Notes: a model not told the origin generated them from the sequence alone. Shown: positions 49,630-57,261, numbered from the stretch's first letter. The stretch: 64,000 bases of DNA from an uncultured Bacteroidales bacterium (GCA_937949745.1 CALECM010000113.1:1665-65664); one strand, 5' to 3'. Program-made: numbers and translations.

Positions 49630-49770
49630 TTATTTTTTCTTGTAACTCTTTCCGGCCTTTTTCATGGCAGTTTGCCATTTCATACCCGGATTGTTTTTGC
49701 GGATCCTTTTCGCTTCGCTTGTAATTTGTTTGCCCATAGCGGACATTTGTTTTTTAGTCAGTTTTGCCAT
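49630..49770 (-). CDS. small highly basic protein (46 aa), hypothetical
   Basis: Manual translation MAKLTKKQMSAMGKQITSEAKRIRKNNPGMKWQTAMKKAGKSYKKK*. Overlaps the upstream gene end by 17 nt, as other genes in the array do. Confidence 0.4.
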   Translation of the reverse strand: MAKLTKKQMSAMGKQITSEAKRIRKNNPGMKWQTAMKKAGKSYKKK

Positions 49771-50206
49771 TTTTATTTGTTTTATATTTGATAATTAAGA
49801 TAATGCCATAAATAACCCCGCCTATTATGATGAGTATTAAAATGGTTTCCAGGTGATCCCAGAATGTTTTTTTCGATTCTATTATCGGTTTTGGAACTTC
49901 AACCGGTATATATTCTGTTATAGTGTCTGCAGGTAGATGAATAAAAACTTTCAGTGTGTCAAGTTGCCGAATAATAACAACATCTCCCCTATTATCCGTA
50001 ATTGTAAGCGTATCAGTGTCTCCTTTGGAAAATACAAAAACTGTGTCAACGTGATATTCAGGAATTGTATAGGTATAGGGAATATCTTTTGTTGTGAATA
50101 GATCCGGACATTTATATGATAAACGGTACATTTGTTTTTCGCAGCTGCAACCGGAGAAAATTAAGGTAAATAATAAGAAAATGAAACACCTGGTTATTTT
50201 ATCCAT
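49754..50206 (-). CDS. lipoprotein with C-terminal TM helix, hypothetical
   Basis: 150 aa. Lipobox IFSGC. C-terminal ILILIIIGGVIYGIILII. Confidence 0.6.
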   Translation of the reverse strand: MDKITRCFIFLLFTLIFSGCSCEKQMYRLSYKCPDLFTTKDIPYTYTIPEYHVDTVFVFSKGDTDTLTITDNRGDVVIIRQLDTLKVFIHLPADTITEYIPVEVPKPIIESKKTFWDHLETILILIIIGGVIYGIILIIKYKTNKNGKTD

Positions 50207-50522
50207 TTTTCAATTGTTTTTCAAGACGGTCGTAACTATTTTTCAATGAGTCATATTTACTGCTTAAATCATAGATTTTCTGTTGCAATCCTTCATTTTC
50301 CTGTCTTAACTGGTTGGTTTCAATGACATAGTTTACTACCCGCCCATTAAGGTCACGTATTATTTTATCGTAAGCATCAACCTTTTTAACAATGGTTTCT
50401 ATTTCCGCAGCCCCTGCAGTAGCTGCTTCCTTTCTACGGGAATATTTAAAAGTAAAAAGCCAGGTTATAAATGACATTACAACCGCTATGGGTAGTGTTT
50501 TTAAAAACTCTATGATATCCAT
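50199..50522 (-). CDS. N-terminally anchored coiled-coil protein, hypothetical
   Basis: 107 aa. One TM helix, then heptad-rich sequence. Confidence 0.55.
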   Translation of the reverse strand: MDIIEFLKTLPIAVVMSFITWLFTFKYSRRKEAATAGAAEIETIVKKVDAYDKIIRDLNGRVVNYVIETNQLRQENEGLQQKIYDLSSKYDSLKNSYDRLEKQLKNG

Positions 50523-50524
50523 AA

Positions 50525-51205
50525 TTAAAATCCTTCCGGAACTCCCTTTTTAATGTATTGTTGCATTACTTCTTCGTCTGACAGTACTTGGAAACAGGTG
50601 AGTTGTGACAACTTACCTACAAAGCCATTAGCAGAACCCTTATTCCATATTCCAATTCCCACGTACGGTTGGCCATAATTTGAAATGTAATTATCCAAAT
50701 TAGTATTGGCCATTGTATTTTCAGCTTTTAATACTCCATTGATATATATTTTAGTGGTGTATGTCCCATCATCATTTTTAATGGTTGTGACTGTTTCAAA
50801 AGTCTTAATATTAAGGGGTAGAATGGAATTTATTGATAACATTCTTTCACCAACCTGATTCACATAGGTAATTAGTTTATCATGCGCAAGCATTAACGTC
50901 CAATAAGTATCATTCGAATGCGAAGAGTTCATAAATGAAAATTGATTACCAACTGTGTTGATTCTTGTGTGATATGCGGAAATGGTGTAATCTGAAATAG
51001 GCAACGGTTGATTATATCCTACTCCCATATTTGCTGCATTACTTGATAAATAAAGTTCACCCCCGGAAATAATTCCACTACCTTCATAATACAGGGAGTA
51101 ATCACCACCGGCGACATATTTAGGATATTTATCATCCGTTAATGGTGCGTAAAAAATCAATTTTGAATTTTCCTGATGGTGTTTATCGTAATTACGCCTT
51201 AACAT
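50525..51205 (-). CDS. LamG / concanavalin-A-like lectin-fold protein (candidate receptor-binding protein)
   Basis: 226 aa. LIFYAPLTDD start, TKIYINGVL, and terminal FVGKLSQLTCFQVLSDEEVMQQY resembling the Laminin_G_3 C-terminal signature. Confidence 0.6.
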   Translation of the reverse strand: MLRRNYDKHHQENSKLIFYAPLTDDKYPKYVAGGDYSLYYEGSGIISGGELYLSSNAANMGVGYNQPLPISDYTISAYHTRINTVGNQFSFMNSSHSNDTYWTLMLAHDKLITYVNQVGERMLSINSILPLNIKTFETVTTIKNDDGTYTTKIYINGVLKAENTMANTNLDNYISNYGQPYVGIGIWNKGSANGFVGKLSQLTCFQVLSDEEVMQQYIKKGVPEGF

Positions 51206-51666
51206 TATCCGATAGTGTTAAAATTATTACTCATTTCAATTTCCCTGATTTCTTCAATGGTATTTGCCGCCTGGATTAATCCTTTGAGCCTATAAAAATC
51301 ATTTCTCAGCATCTCCCCGATTCTTTTGTATTCGGATAAGACTTCGGTTGCTGTGGGTGTAGTTTGGCTGTCATACACACCGGAAATAACATTAAATACT
51401 TTATAATCGGGAATAATCTCTGACATTCTCGCCTGTGACATCATGGATAGCCTTTCAATTGCCTGCAATTTAATTTCTGAAATATCGGGCGCGGATGTAT
51501 TTCGCAGCTCCATATTTAAAATTTCAGCATAGGAAGCTTCCGGATGGTTGGTATAGAAATCAATCTGATCGGCCGATAACGGCACAAACAAATTGGCCGG
51601 AATATTGCTTATACCCGACTTAATAATTTGCTTCCTGGTTACATCAAAATACAATACTTTATTCAT
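51205..51666 (-). CDS. hypothetical protein
   Basis: 153 aa ORF overlapping its neighbours (1 nt and 8 nt). Confidence 0.55.
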   Translation of the reverse strand: MNKVLYFDVTRKQIIKSGISNIPANLFVPLSADQIDFYTNHPEASYAEILNMELRNTSAPDISEIKLQAIERLSMMSQARMSEIIPDYKVFNVISGVYDSQTTPTATEVLSEYKRIGEMLRNDFYRLKGLIQAANTIEEIREIEMSNNFNTIG

Positions 51667-52264
51667 AATATTTTAGTTCACGTGATGAAAGAAGGAGTAT
51701 CACACCTCCGAAACGATAAAAAGACACTTCAACAAATGTATTTTCCTTAATCAATAAGGTGGGGTATTCAAATTCGCTTTGGTATAACATGGCATCCTCT
51801 GCGGAAAAAATTATTTGCTTATCCTTTGAAGAATTAAAAAATATTACGGTAGATAGTACACCATCTTCTTTTTGAAGAATTTTTATGGTTCTTAAATCAT
51901 CCGCATTAACCAGTTCTATAATGTTGACCGTATCTTTGGAAACAGAAGGAATAAATGATATCGGACTTGCTTCGCTCTCCTGGATCACATTTATATCTCT
52001 CTTGGTTTGTGCCGATATTAATTCCTGCAATCCTTCTACATTGGTCGCTTTAGTCCTGGGTAGCAAAACATCAAAACCATTATCCGTTTTGATGTTGATG
52101 GTGATAAAATTATCTGATCCGCTTTTTTCTAATTTGAACCAGTAATCACCGGTTTTCATATCTACCGGCATATCCGGAGAAGTAATAATAACAGAACCTG
52201 CACCGGGTTTATCTTTTTCTTTTATATAGCGAAATCTATTGTCTAACTTCTTATTTAAAGCCAT
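51659..52264 (-). CDS. hypothetical beta-rich protein
   Basis: 201 aa, no TM helix. Candidate structural protein. Confidence 0.55.
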   Translation of the reverse strand: MALNKKLDNRFRYIKEKDKPGAGSVIITSPDMPVDMKTGDYWFKLEKSGSDNFITINIKTDNGFDVLLPRTKATNVEGLQELISAQTKRDINVIQESEASPISFIPSVSKDTVNIIELVNADDLRTIKILQKEDGVLSTVIFFNSSKDKQIIFSAEDAMLYQSEFEYPTLLIKENTFVEVSFYRFGGVILLLSSRELKYYE

Positions 52265-52344
52265 CTTATATTACTTTAGGTTTTCATAAATAACCCAACT
52301 TGAAAACAGAATACAGACCACTGCAGCGGTAATTTTAGCGTACT

Positions 52345-52821
52345 TCATAATGCTTTTTTTTTATCAAGTTCTTTCAGGTTGTATTTATTAATGATACTGA
52401 TCAATTTGCTTGCATAAGTCGGATCGGTGGCATAACCGGCCGACTGCAATGCGTATGCCTGATCTTCCGGCGTAATGGCTGATCTTACAGGCTGGTAGCG
52501 TTGCAAAGTCATTAGTAAGTGGCTATGATCCCGAATGGAATCAGATAATGTTTTATATACCCGGAATCCGTCAGTTATGGTTACATTTTTCCCGTTCAAA
52601 TATTCGCCGGTGGAAGCCCGGTATGTGGATCCGTCCCAGTATGGTGATATTTGACCGGTGGCCTTAATTCCGAAAAGATTGTTGGCGGGGCCAATTGTAC
52701 TTTTGCCGTAACCGGATTCAAGGGCGGCCTGTGCCGCTTTTACCGACGGCAATAGCGGGGTTCCATTGGTTGCAATAATAAATTCGGTAGAATACTTCTT
52801 GAAAAATTCCTGTGGTGTCAT
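52345..52821 (-). CDS. GH73 mannosyl-glycoprotein endo-beta-N-acetylglucosaminidase
   Basis: 158 aa. AAQAALESGYGKS (catalytic Glu), NNLFGIKA, FRVYKTLSDSIRDH. Confidence 0.85.
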   Translation of the reverse strand: MTPQEFFKKYSTEFIIATNGTPLLPSVKAAQAALESGYGKSTIGPANNLFGIKATGQISPYWDGSTYRASTGEYLNGKNVTITDGFRVYKTLSDSIRDHSHLLMTLQRYQPVRSAITPEDQAYALQSAGYATDPTYASKLISIINKYNLKELDKKKAL

Positions 52822-52988
52822 TAGCGTATTAGTTTTTTAGAGATTACAATTAAGAGGATACCGACCAGCAAGGCACCACCTAACAGGTAGGATATTGAAA
52901 TAAAGTCCAATGATATGGAGAACTGTAGAGCCTTATCCCCTTTCAGGATATCTAAAAAACCCCCGTTGTCATTATTTGTATTTGCCAT
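52821..52988 (-). CDS. small membrane protein (55 aa), holin-like candidate
   Basis: Manual translation MANTNNDNGGFLDILKGDKALQFSISLDFISISYLLGGALLVGILLIVISKKLIR*. Its stop overlaps the ATG of the glucosaminidase (TAATG). Confidence 0.45.
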   Translation of the reverse strand: MANTNNDNGGFLDILKGDKALQFSISLDFISISYLLGGALLVGILLIVISKKLIR

Positions 52989-52991
52989 AGT

Positions 52992-53360
52992 TTAAGCGTT
53001 TTGAATTTGGTTCATTTGAGTTGGCGTTAAGGAAATATAAGTCTTACCCTTTGTTATCTCCATTAATTTATCATACTGGCTTTTTTGCACTTTATTCAAC
53101 CCTAAAAACATCATCACGGCATCATGTGTGATAGGGCCAAATATGCCGTCCACGTTCATCTTGGATTCTGTGATAGGTGTGAGCGTATTTAAGGCCGTTT
53201 GAAGTGATTTAACGGCTGCTCCGGTCGTACCCACTTGTAAAGGGAAGTTGGTATCTGATCCGGGGGAACTGGCTTTATTCTTTTTTCTGTAAAGCACAAT
53301 CCCGATAGTAACCAGGATAACGGCCACGATAACAATAATTATAATCGTCTTTTTTTTCAT
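52992..53360 (-). CDS. membrane-anchored peptidoglycan-binding-domain protein
   Basis: 122 aa. N-terminal TM. PG_binding_1 signature GAAVKSLQTALN...VDGIFGPITHDAV. Confidence 0.75.
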   Translation of the reverse strand: MKKKTIIIIVIVAVILVTIGIVLYRKKNKASSPGSDTNFPLQVGTTGAAVKSLQTALNTLTPITESKMNVDGIFGPITHDAVMMFLGLNKVQKSQYDKLMEITKGKTYISLTPTQMNQIQNA

Positions 53361-53932
53361 GCCCTTACTTTTTGAAGGAGTTCATTATACTGCTTCTCGT
53401 TTATTTGGGAATTACCGGTTTCAGCGCGTAAGGCTGTTTGTGTGCTTTCACCAAAAATGCCATCTACTTTAAGCGGAGTACCCCCATGGATGTATATATT
53501 TGCATTTAGCGCACTTTGGAGTGCTTTCACATTCTCCCCTTCAAATCCTTTACGGATAGGGAAAGAAGCAATTTTCTGTGAAGTACCGGTGAAGTATTTA
53601 GCCTGATATAACGGATTGTTATTTGCATTTGACCTTAAAGAATAAGTATCATTGAGTAAAAACTTTTCATCTACGTTTATTTTTGGCGTATCATCATCGG
53701 TTTTCTTTTGTATTGTGGCAGGTAAAGTAAGGGTTTTACTTACGGTTACATTATTTTTGAGAAAGGTTTTAAGTTTATCCTCTCTGATGGATGTATTACT
53801 ATTTGTATCCCCTTCCTTATTTTCCTGGTCTTCCTGGATTGATTCATTTTCCGTCCCCTTCTTTTTCTTCCACTCTTTGTATAGAACAAAAGCAAGTATC
53901 GCAGCCAGTATGATTACTTTATTTTTTTTCAT
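53357..53932 (-). CDS. membrane-anchored peptidoglycan-binding-domain protein
   Basis: 191 aa. N-terminal TM. GENVKALQSALN...VDGIFGESTQTAL. Confidence 0.75.
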   Translation of the reverse strand: MKKNKVIILAAILAFVLYKEWKKKKGTENESIQEDQENKEGDTNSNTSIREDKLKTFLKNNVTVSKTLTLPATIQKKTDDDTPKINVDEKFLLNDTYSLRSNANNNPLYQAKYFTGTSQKIASFPIRKGFEGENVKALQSALNANIYIHGGTPLKVDGIFGESTQTALRAETGNSQINEKQYNELLQKVRA

Positions 53933-53936
53933 GGAT

Positions 53937-54395
53937 TTAAAATTGGTAATTGATTCCCTTTGAAGTTAAAATTTGATTGAGCTTTTTGATCTCCCGGCTT
54001 GAAAGGTCGCCATGTAGCCACTGTGAAAGTGTCTCATTATCCCGGATGCCATAAACCGCAACAAGCTTGAGAACATCCGCAGTATTACGCATTTCATTGA
54101 ATACGGCGTAAATGGTTGCTTCATCCGTACCTATGCCTTTCATGGCATTATAAAGTCTTTGGGCATAAGTTTTATATGCGCTCTCCGTGTAAGTAGTGGA
54201 TTCCCCAGTCGCTTTGATTTCCTCGTTTAACGCCTGGTTGTTTTCTACCTTGTTCTGCAGGTTGGAAAACAGGCCTTTGATTTTATTTCTGAAAACAAAA
54301 TACACGATGATTATAACCACAATCAGAATGATCAAGGCAATCATTCTTTTCGGGTTCTCGACCAGTTTTGTTGTTGTATCTAATGCGTTTGCCAT
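53937..54395 (-). CDS. N-terminally anchored protein with a single annexin-like repeat
   Basis: 152 aa. TM helix MIALIILIVVIIIVYFVF. YAQRLYNAMKGIGTDEATIYAVFNEMRNTADVLKLVAVYG...LSQWLHGDLS matches the annexin repeat consensus, including the K-G-x-G-T-(D/E) loop. Confidence 0.6.
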   Translation of the reverse strand: MANALDTTTKLVENPKRMIALIILIVVIIIVYFVFRNKIKGLFSNLQNKVENNQALNEEIKATGESTTYTESAYKTYAQRLYNAMKGIGTDEATIYAVFNEMRNTADVLKLVAVYGIRDNETLSQWLHGDLSSREIKKLNQILTSKGINYQF

Positions 54396-54397
54396 TA

Positions 54398-54637
54398 TTA
54401 TTTATGTTTTTTGAAAATGTATATTGCAAAGACGATCAAAATCGCAATGACGATGATTTTGATATTGTCCATTTTAGTGAGTTTTAATGTAGCTGCGTAC
54501 TCCGTATCATCCTGTATTTTATTATATTCAAATACCTTGTCATTGTATGATTTCTCTGCGTTTAACGAGGCGTTTTTGGCTGGATACCAAAATTCAAACC
54601 AGGTCATATAATTCTTATTATTTATCGCTCTGATCAT
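54398..54637 (-). CDS. tail-anchored small membrane protein
   Basis: 79 aa. C-terminal IIVIAILIVFAIYIFKKHK. Confidence 0.55.
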   Translation of the reverse strand: MIRAINNKNYMTWFEFWYPAKNASLNAEKSYNDKVFEYNKIQDDTEYAATLKLTKMDNIKIIVIAILIVFAIYIFKKHK

Positions 54638-54966
54638 CTCTTTTTCTTTTTAAAAACTAAAACCAAAACAATAATTATGACAATGACAACAACCGCAATC
54701 ATAGTGGTATTATTCCCGTTATTCTGGTTACTGTGGGGATTGCCGTTTGCTGATTTTTTACCCAAATCCAAATCAACCTTTAAATTGGAAAAAAATTTTC
54801 CAACACCCTCCCCTGCAGAACTAACTCCCATTGTTAAAACAGAGGAAAGGACATCTCCGACCGTATTAAAGAAAACGGAAATAAAATCCGGTGCATCAGC
54901 CGTTTTTTCAAGGGCGTAGGTACTGGTTTGGTATTTGTTTGTCGTATCCTTATAGATAGTTGCCAT
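54634..54966 (-). CDS. tail-anchored small membrane protein
   Basis: 110 aa. C-terminal MIAVVVIVIIIVLVLVFKKKKR. Confidence 0.6.
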   Translation of the reverse strand: MATIYKDTTNKYQTSTYALEKTADAPDFISVFFNTVGDVLSSVLTMGVSSAGEGVGKFFSNLKVDLDLGKKSANGNPHSNQNNGNNTTMIAVVVIVIIIVLVLVFKKKKR

Positions 54967-54968
54967 TG

Positions 54969-55496
54969 TTATTTTTTAAAGATCACGTAAAGGCCAATAA
55001 TCGCAATAATGGCCACTATGATAATTGTCGTTGTTGAAATACCCGTGGAAAGTTCCCCGGTACCACCCTGGTTATTATTTACAGGGATTATGTCGTTATT
55101 CTTTTCCGAATCCGACCGGTCAAGTCCGGGAGTGCCGGTTAATGTAATCCGTGATCCATTTTCTGTGGTAACACTATTGGTATTGTTTTTATCGTAACTG
55201 ATAATCTTACCATCTGATTCCATTTTCCTTAACTTATTCTCCAGTCTGATCCTGTCATCTTTGCTATTGAAGAATATGCGAACAAACGGTTTGCTTCCAC
55301 CTTCACGGGCTATCTCTATTTTTTTAAACTGTCCGGAGAAGTTATTCCTGATCAACGTCATTAGATCGGAGGGATTTTCTGAAAAAACCCTTAATCTTTT
55401 TGCCGTCAATTGATTAAATCCAGTTATCAAATCCACTAACCGGTTATAATCAATATCCGTAATCCTACGTTGTGAATATTTGCGCTTAAGCTTCAT
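54969..55496 (-). CDS. tail-anchored membrane protein
   Basis: 175 aa. C-terminal TTIIIVAIIAIIGLYVIFKK. Confidence 0.6.
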   Translation of the reverse strand: MKLKRKYSQRRITDIDYNRLVDLITGFNQLTAKRLRVFSENPSDLMTLIRNNFSGQFKKIEIAREGGSKPFVRIFFNSKDDRIRLENKLRKMESDGKIISYDKNNTNSVTTENGSRITLTGTPGLDRSDSEKNNDIIPVNNNQGGTGELSTGISTTTIIIVAIIAIIGLYVIFKK

Positions 55497-55498
55497 CG

Positions 55499-56107
55499 TT
55501 ATCTCATTTTACAAAGGATACGGATGGTTGCAACCAGGATGCAGGCTAACAGGAAATTACTATACGAAAAGTAATATTTACCAAACAATGTAAATCCACT
55601 TCCTTTAAGTGAATTTTCTTCAGTTATATTCATTTCCATATCGGTCACATAGTTTTTTCCTTTCGTTACAAAGGATGATCCTTGGAGTGATTTTTTCATT
55701 TTCATATTTTTTATTCCTAAATGTTTTAATTCTTCAATGGCTTTTGGATTATTATTTTCGGTAGCATCTATTTGCAATGCTTCAATATATAAGTGTTTAA
55801 GCCTGTGAGCGTTTATAATACCTACTTTGTATAATGCTTTAATTGTTTTTTTGAGGGAACCGGGATGTGTTCCATATACTTTCCTGAGTGCGTAAGCATC
55901 AGCGACCTGTTCGCTATCTGTCTGTAACTTGTAATGGCCTCTTTCATGTTCTATGATAAACTGTTTTTCAAAATCTGTAAATTTGTCCCATACACTGGTG
56001 TTTATTTCAATTACACCATCATACATATTGATAGCTGCGGGACATGCGCCCAATTCTTTCGCAGTGACATGGACAAATTCACCCACATTATTACTTTTTA
56101 AATGCAA
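55499..56107 (-). CDS. putative HExxH metallopeptidase-like protein with C-terminal TM helix
   Basis: 202 aa. FIIEHERGHYKL (HExxH). C-terminal FLLACILVATIRILC. Confidence 0.55.
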   Translation of the reverse strand: MHLKSNNVGEFVHVTAKELGACPAAINMYDGVIEINTSVWDKFTDFEKQFIIEHERGHYKLQTDSEQVADAYALRKVYGTHPGSLKKTIKALYKVGIINAHRLKHLYIEALQIDATENNNPKAIEELKHLGIKNMKMKKSLQGSSFVTKGKNYVTDMEMNITEENSLKGSGFTLFGKYYFSYSNFLLACILVATIRILCKMR

Positions 56108-56357
56108 ACACCATAACCACGACCAAAACCACTACAACCCCACCAATGGCCACATATAAGCCTGTTTTGTTGTTGCCGCTATCAGGATTAGAGTAATAGA
56201 TATTGGTATCCGGATTCGTTCCCTTTATAGAACCAATCATATTTGCAATGCCCGACAACACACCACCGGCACCGGTGACAATAGTATTAATTAACCCTGT
56301 ATTGTCCTTAGCAGAATTTACCGCAGCCTCTTCCGCATAATTTTTCTTTTTCTTCAT
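56091..56357 (-). CDS. tail-anchored Gly-rich small membrane protein
   Basis: 88 aa. TGAGGVLSGIANMIGSIKG. C-terminal LYVAIGGVVVVLVVVMVFAFKK. Confidence 0.6.
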   Translation of the reverse strand: MKKKKNYAEEAAVNSAKDNTGLINTIVTGAGGVLSGIANMIGSIKGTNPDTNIYYSNPDSGNNKTGLYVAIGGVVVVLVVVMVFAFKK

Positions 56358-56370
56358 CTTTTTAAGGTTT

Positions 56371-56405
56371 AAAAAAAGCCCGTACCCTCAATAATGGGCA
56401 GGGCT
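56371..56405 (-). terminator. rho-independent terminator/attenuator after the 215-aa gene
   Basis: The minus strand reads AGCCCTGCCCATTATTGAGGGTACGGGCT followed by TTTTTTT. The stem is interrupted (5+3 bp). It starts 34 nt after the stop at 56439. Confidence 0.5.
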
Positions 56406-56438
56406 TTTCTTGGTCAACAATCGGTTTTAGAGAGGTTT

Positions 56439-57086
56439 TTATTCTTCGAAGTAAAGTATGAATTTCATGGTACAAGTGGAGGGTATAGTAACGATCCACA
56501 ATAAAGTGTCGCTTAATTCCAGTCCGGTTTCCTTGAATAGTAAATCTATGCGGTCGCTCTGATACTGATAGCGGTCAAAGAAATTGGACAAATCCAAAGT
56601 TTGCTGCTTATTCTTATCAAATGGATTGAGTTCGGTAATTTCCATATCCGTGTCAAAAGCCGTCTGATCGTTTGAAACGATGGTCATCTTCTTCAAAACA
56701 GAGGGGTTCGTTTTGATGTATTCCCTTAGATTCATTATGCTGTAATCAGGGTTACCCGGTTTCATTGCGATGGTGCTTTTTGTACCTTCTACTATTGCTT
56801 CCTCATCAGCCAGAACACAATCGACATTGAATCCTGCCCTTTTTAATGATTTAGGACTTGAATTGATTTTTGTTATGGTAACATCGCTGTTATCGAGTTT
56901 TGCAATATAATCATCTGTACTAAGGTAACCGGGTATAATTGCCACTTTACGGGCGTTCTGATCGTTGTTTTGAATTTCAAATTGAAATTTGGGACTAAGT
57001 GCCGAAGCTATATTTTCATTCATGTTTCCTGTGAATTTATTGGTTAAAACTTTTCTTGATCGCTTTATAATTTCCTGTTGTGTCAT
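56439..57086 (-). CDS. soluble beta-rich protein, candidate major structural (capsid) protein
   Basis: 215 aa, no TM helix. First sizeable gene after the internal promoter and bracketed by terminators. No sequence motif recognised. Confidence 0.55.
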   Translation of the reverse strand: MTQQEIIKRSRKVLTNKFTGNMNENIASALSPKFQFEIQNNDQNARKVAIIPGYLSTDDYIAKLDNSDVTITKINSSPKSLKRAGFNVDCVLADEEAIVEGTKSTIAMKPGNPDYSIMNLREYIKTNPSVLKKMTIVSNDQTAFDTDMEITELNPFDKNKQQTLDLSNFFDRYQYQSDRIDLLFKETGLELSDTLLWIVTIPSTCTMKFILYFEE

Positions 57087-57089
57087 TTT

Positions 57090-57209
57090 TTATGCCGCTG
57101 TTTCTTCGGTTTCTTTTTTGGTTTTTTGTGTCCTGTAAAAAGCAATACCGGCAATAACAAGGGCTGCTATTACAAAAATGTGGATGTTGTTCGTGATAAA
57201 CTTTTTCAT
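57090..57209 (-). CDS. small membrane protein (39 aa)
   Basis: Manual translation MKKFITNNIHIFVIAALVIAGIAFYRTQKTKKETEETAA*. Ends 3 nt before the ATG at 57086. Confidence 0.45.
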   Translation of the reverse strand: MKKFITNNIHIFVIAALVIAGIAFYRTQKTKKETEETAA

Positions 57210-57253
57210 TCTTTGCTGATTTTATTTTTTATGGTTTAAGTGAAATCGTGACA

Positions 57254-57261
57254 CAAAAGTA
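57254..57261 (-). promoter_or_regulatory. internal -7 promoter box (TACTTTTG on minus strand) for the structural/membrane module
   Basis: Plus strand reads CAAAAGTA, 45 nt upstream of the ATG at 57209 and downstream of the terminator at 57377-57406. Confidence 0.4.

Noticed and set aside
49495-49791. 98-aa plus-strand ORF (MFLHDLTFLDD...).
   Set aside because: It opposes the co-oriented array. The minus strand here holds two small basic ORFs with operon-style overlaps. The plus-strand product is a Phe/Leu-rich mirror of Lys-rich codons.
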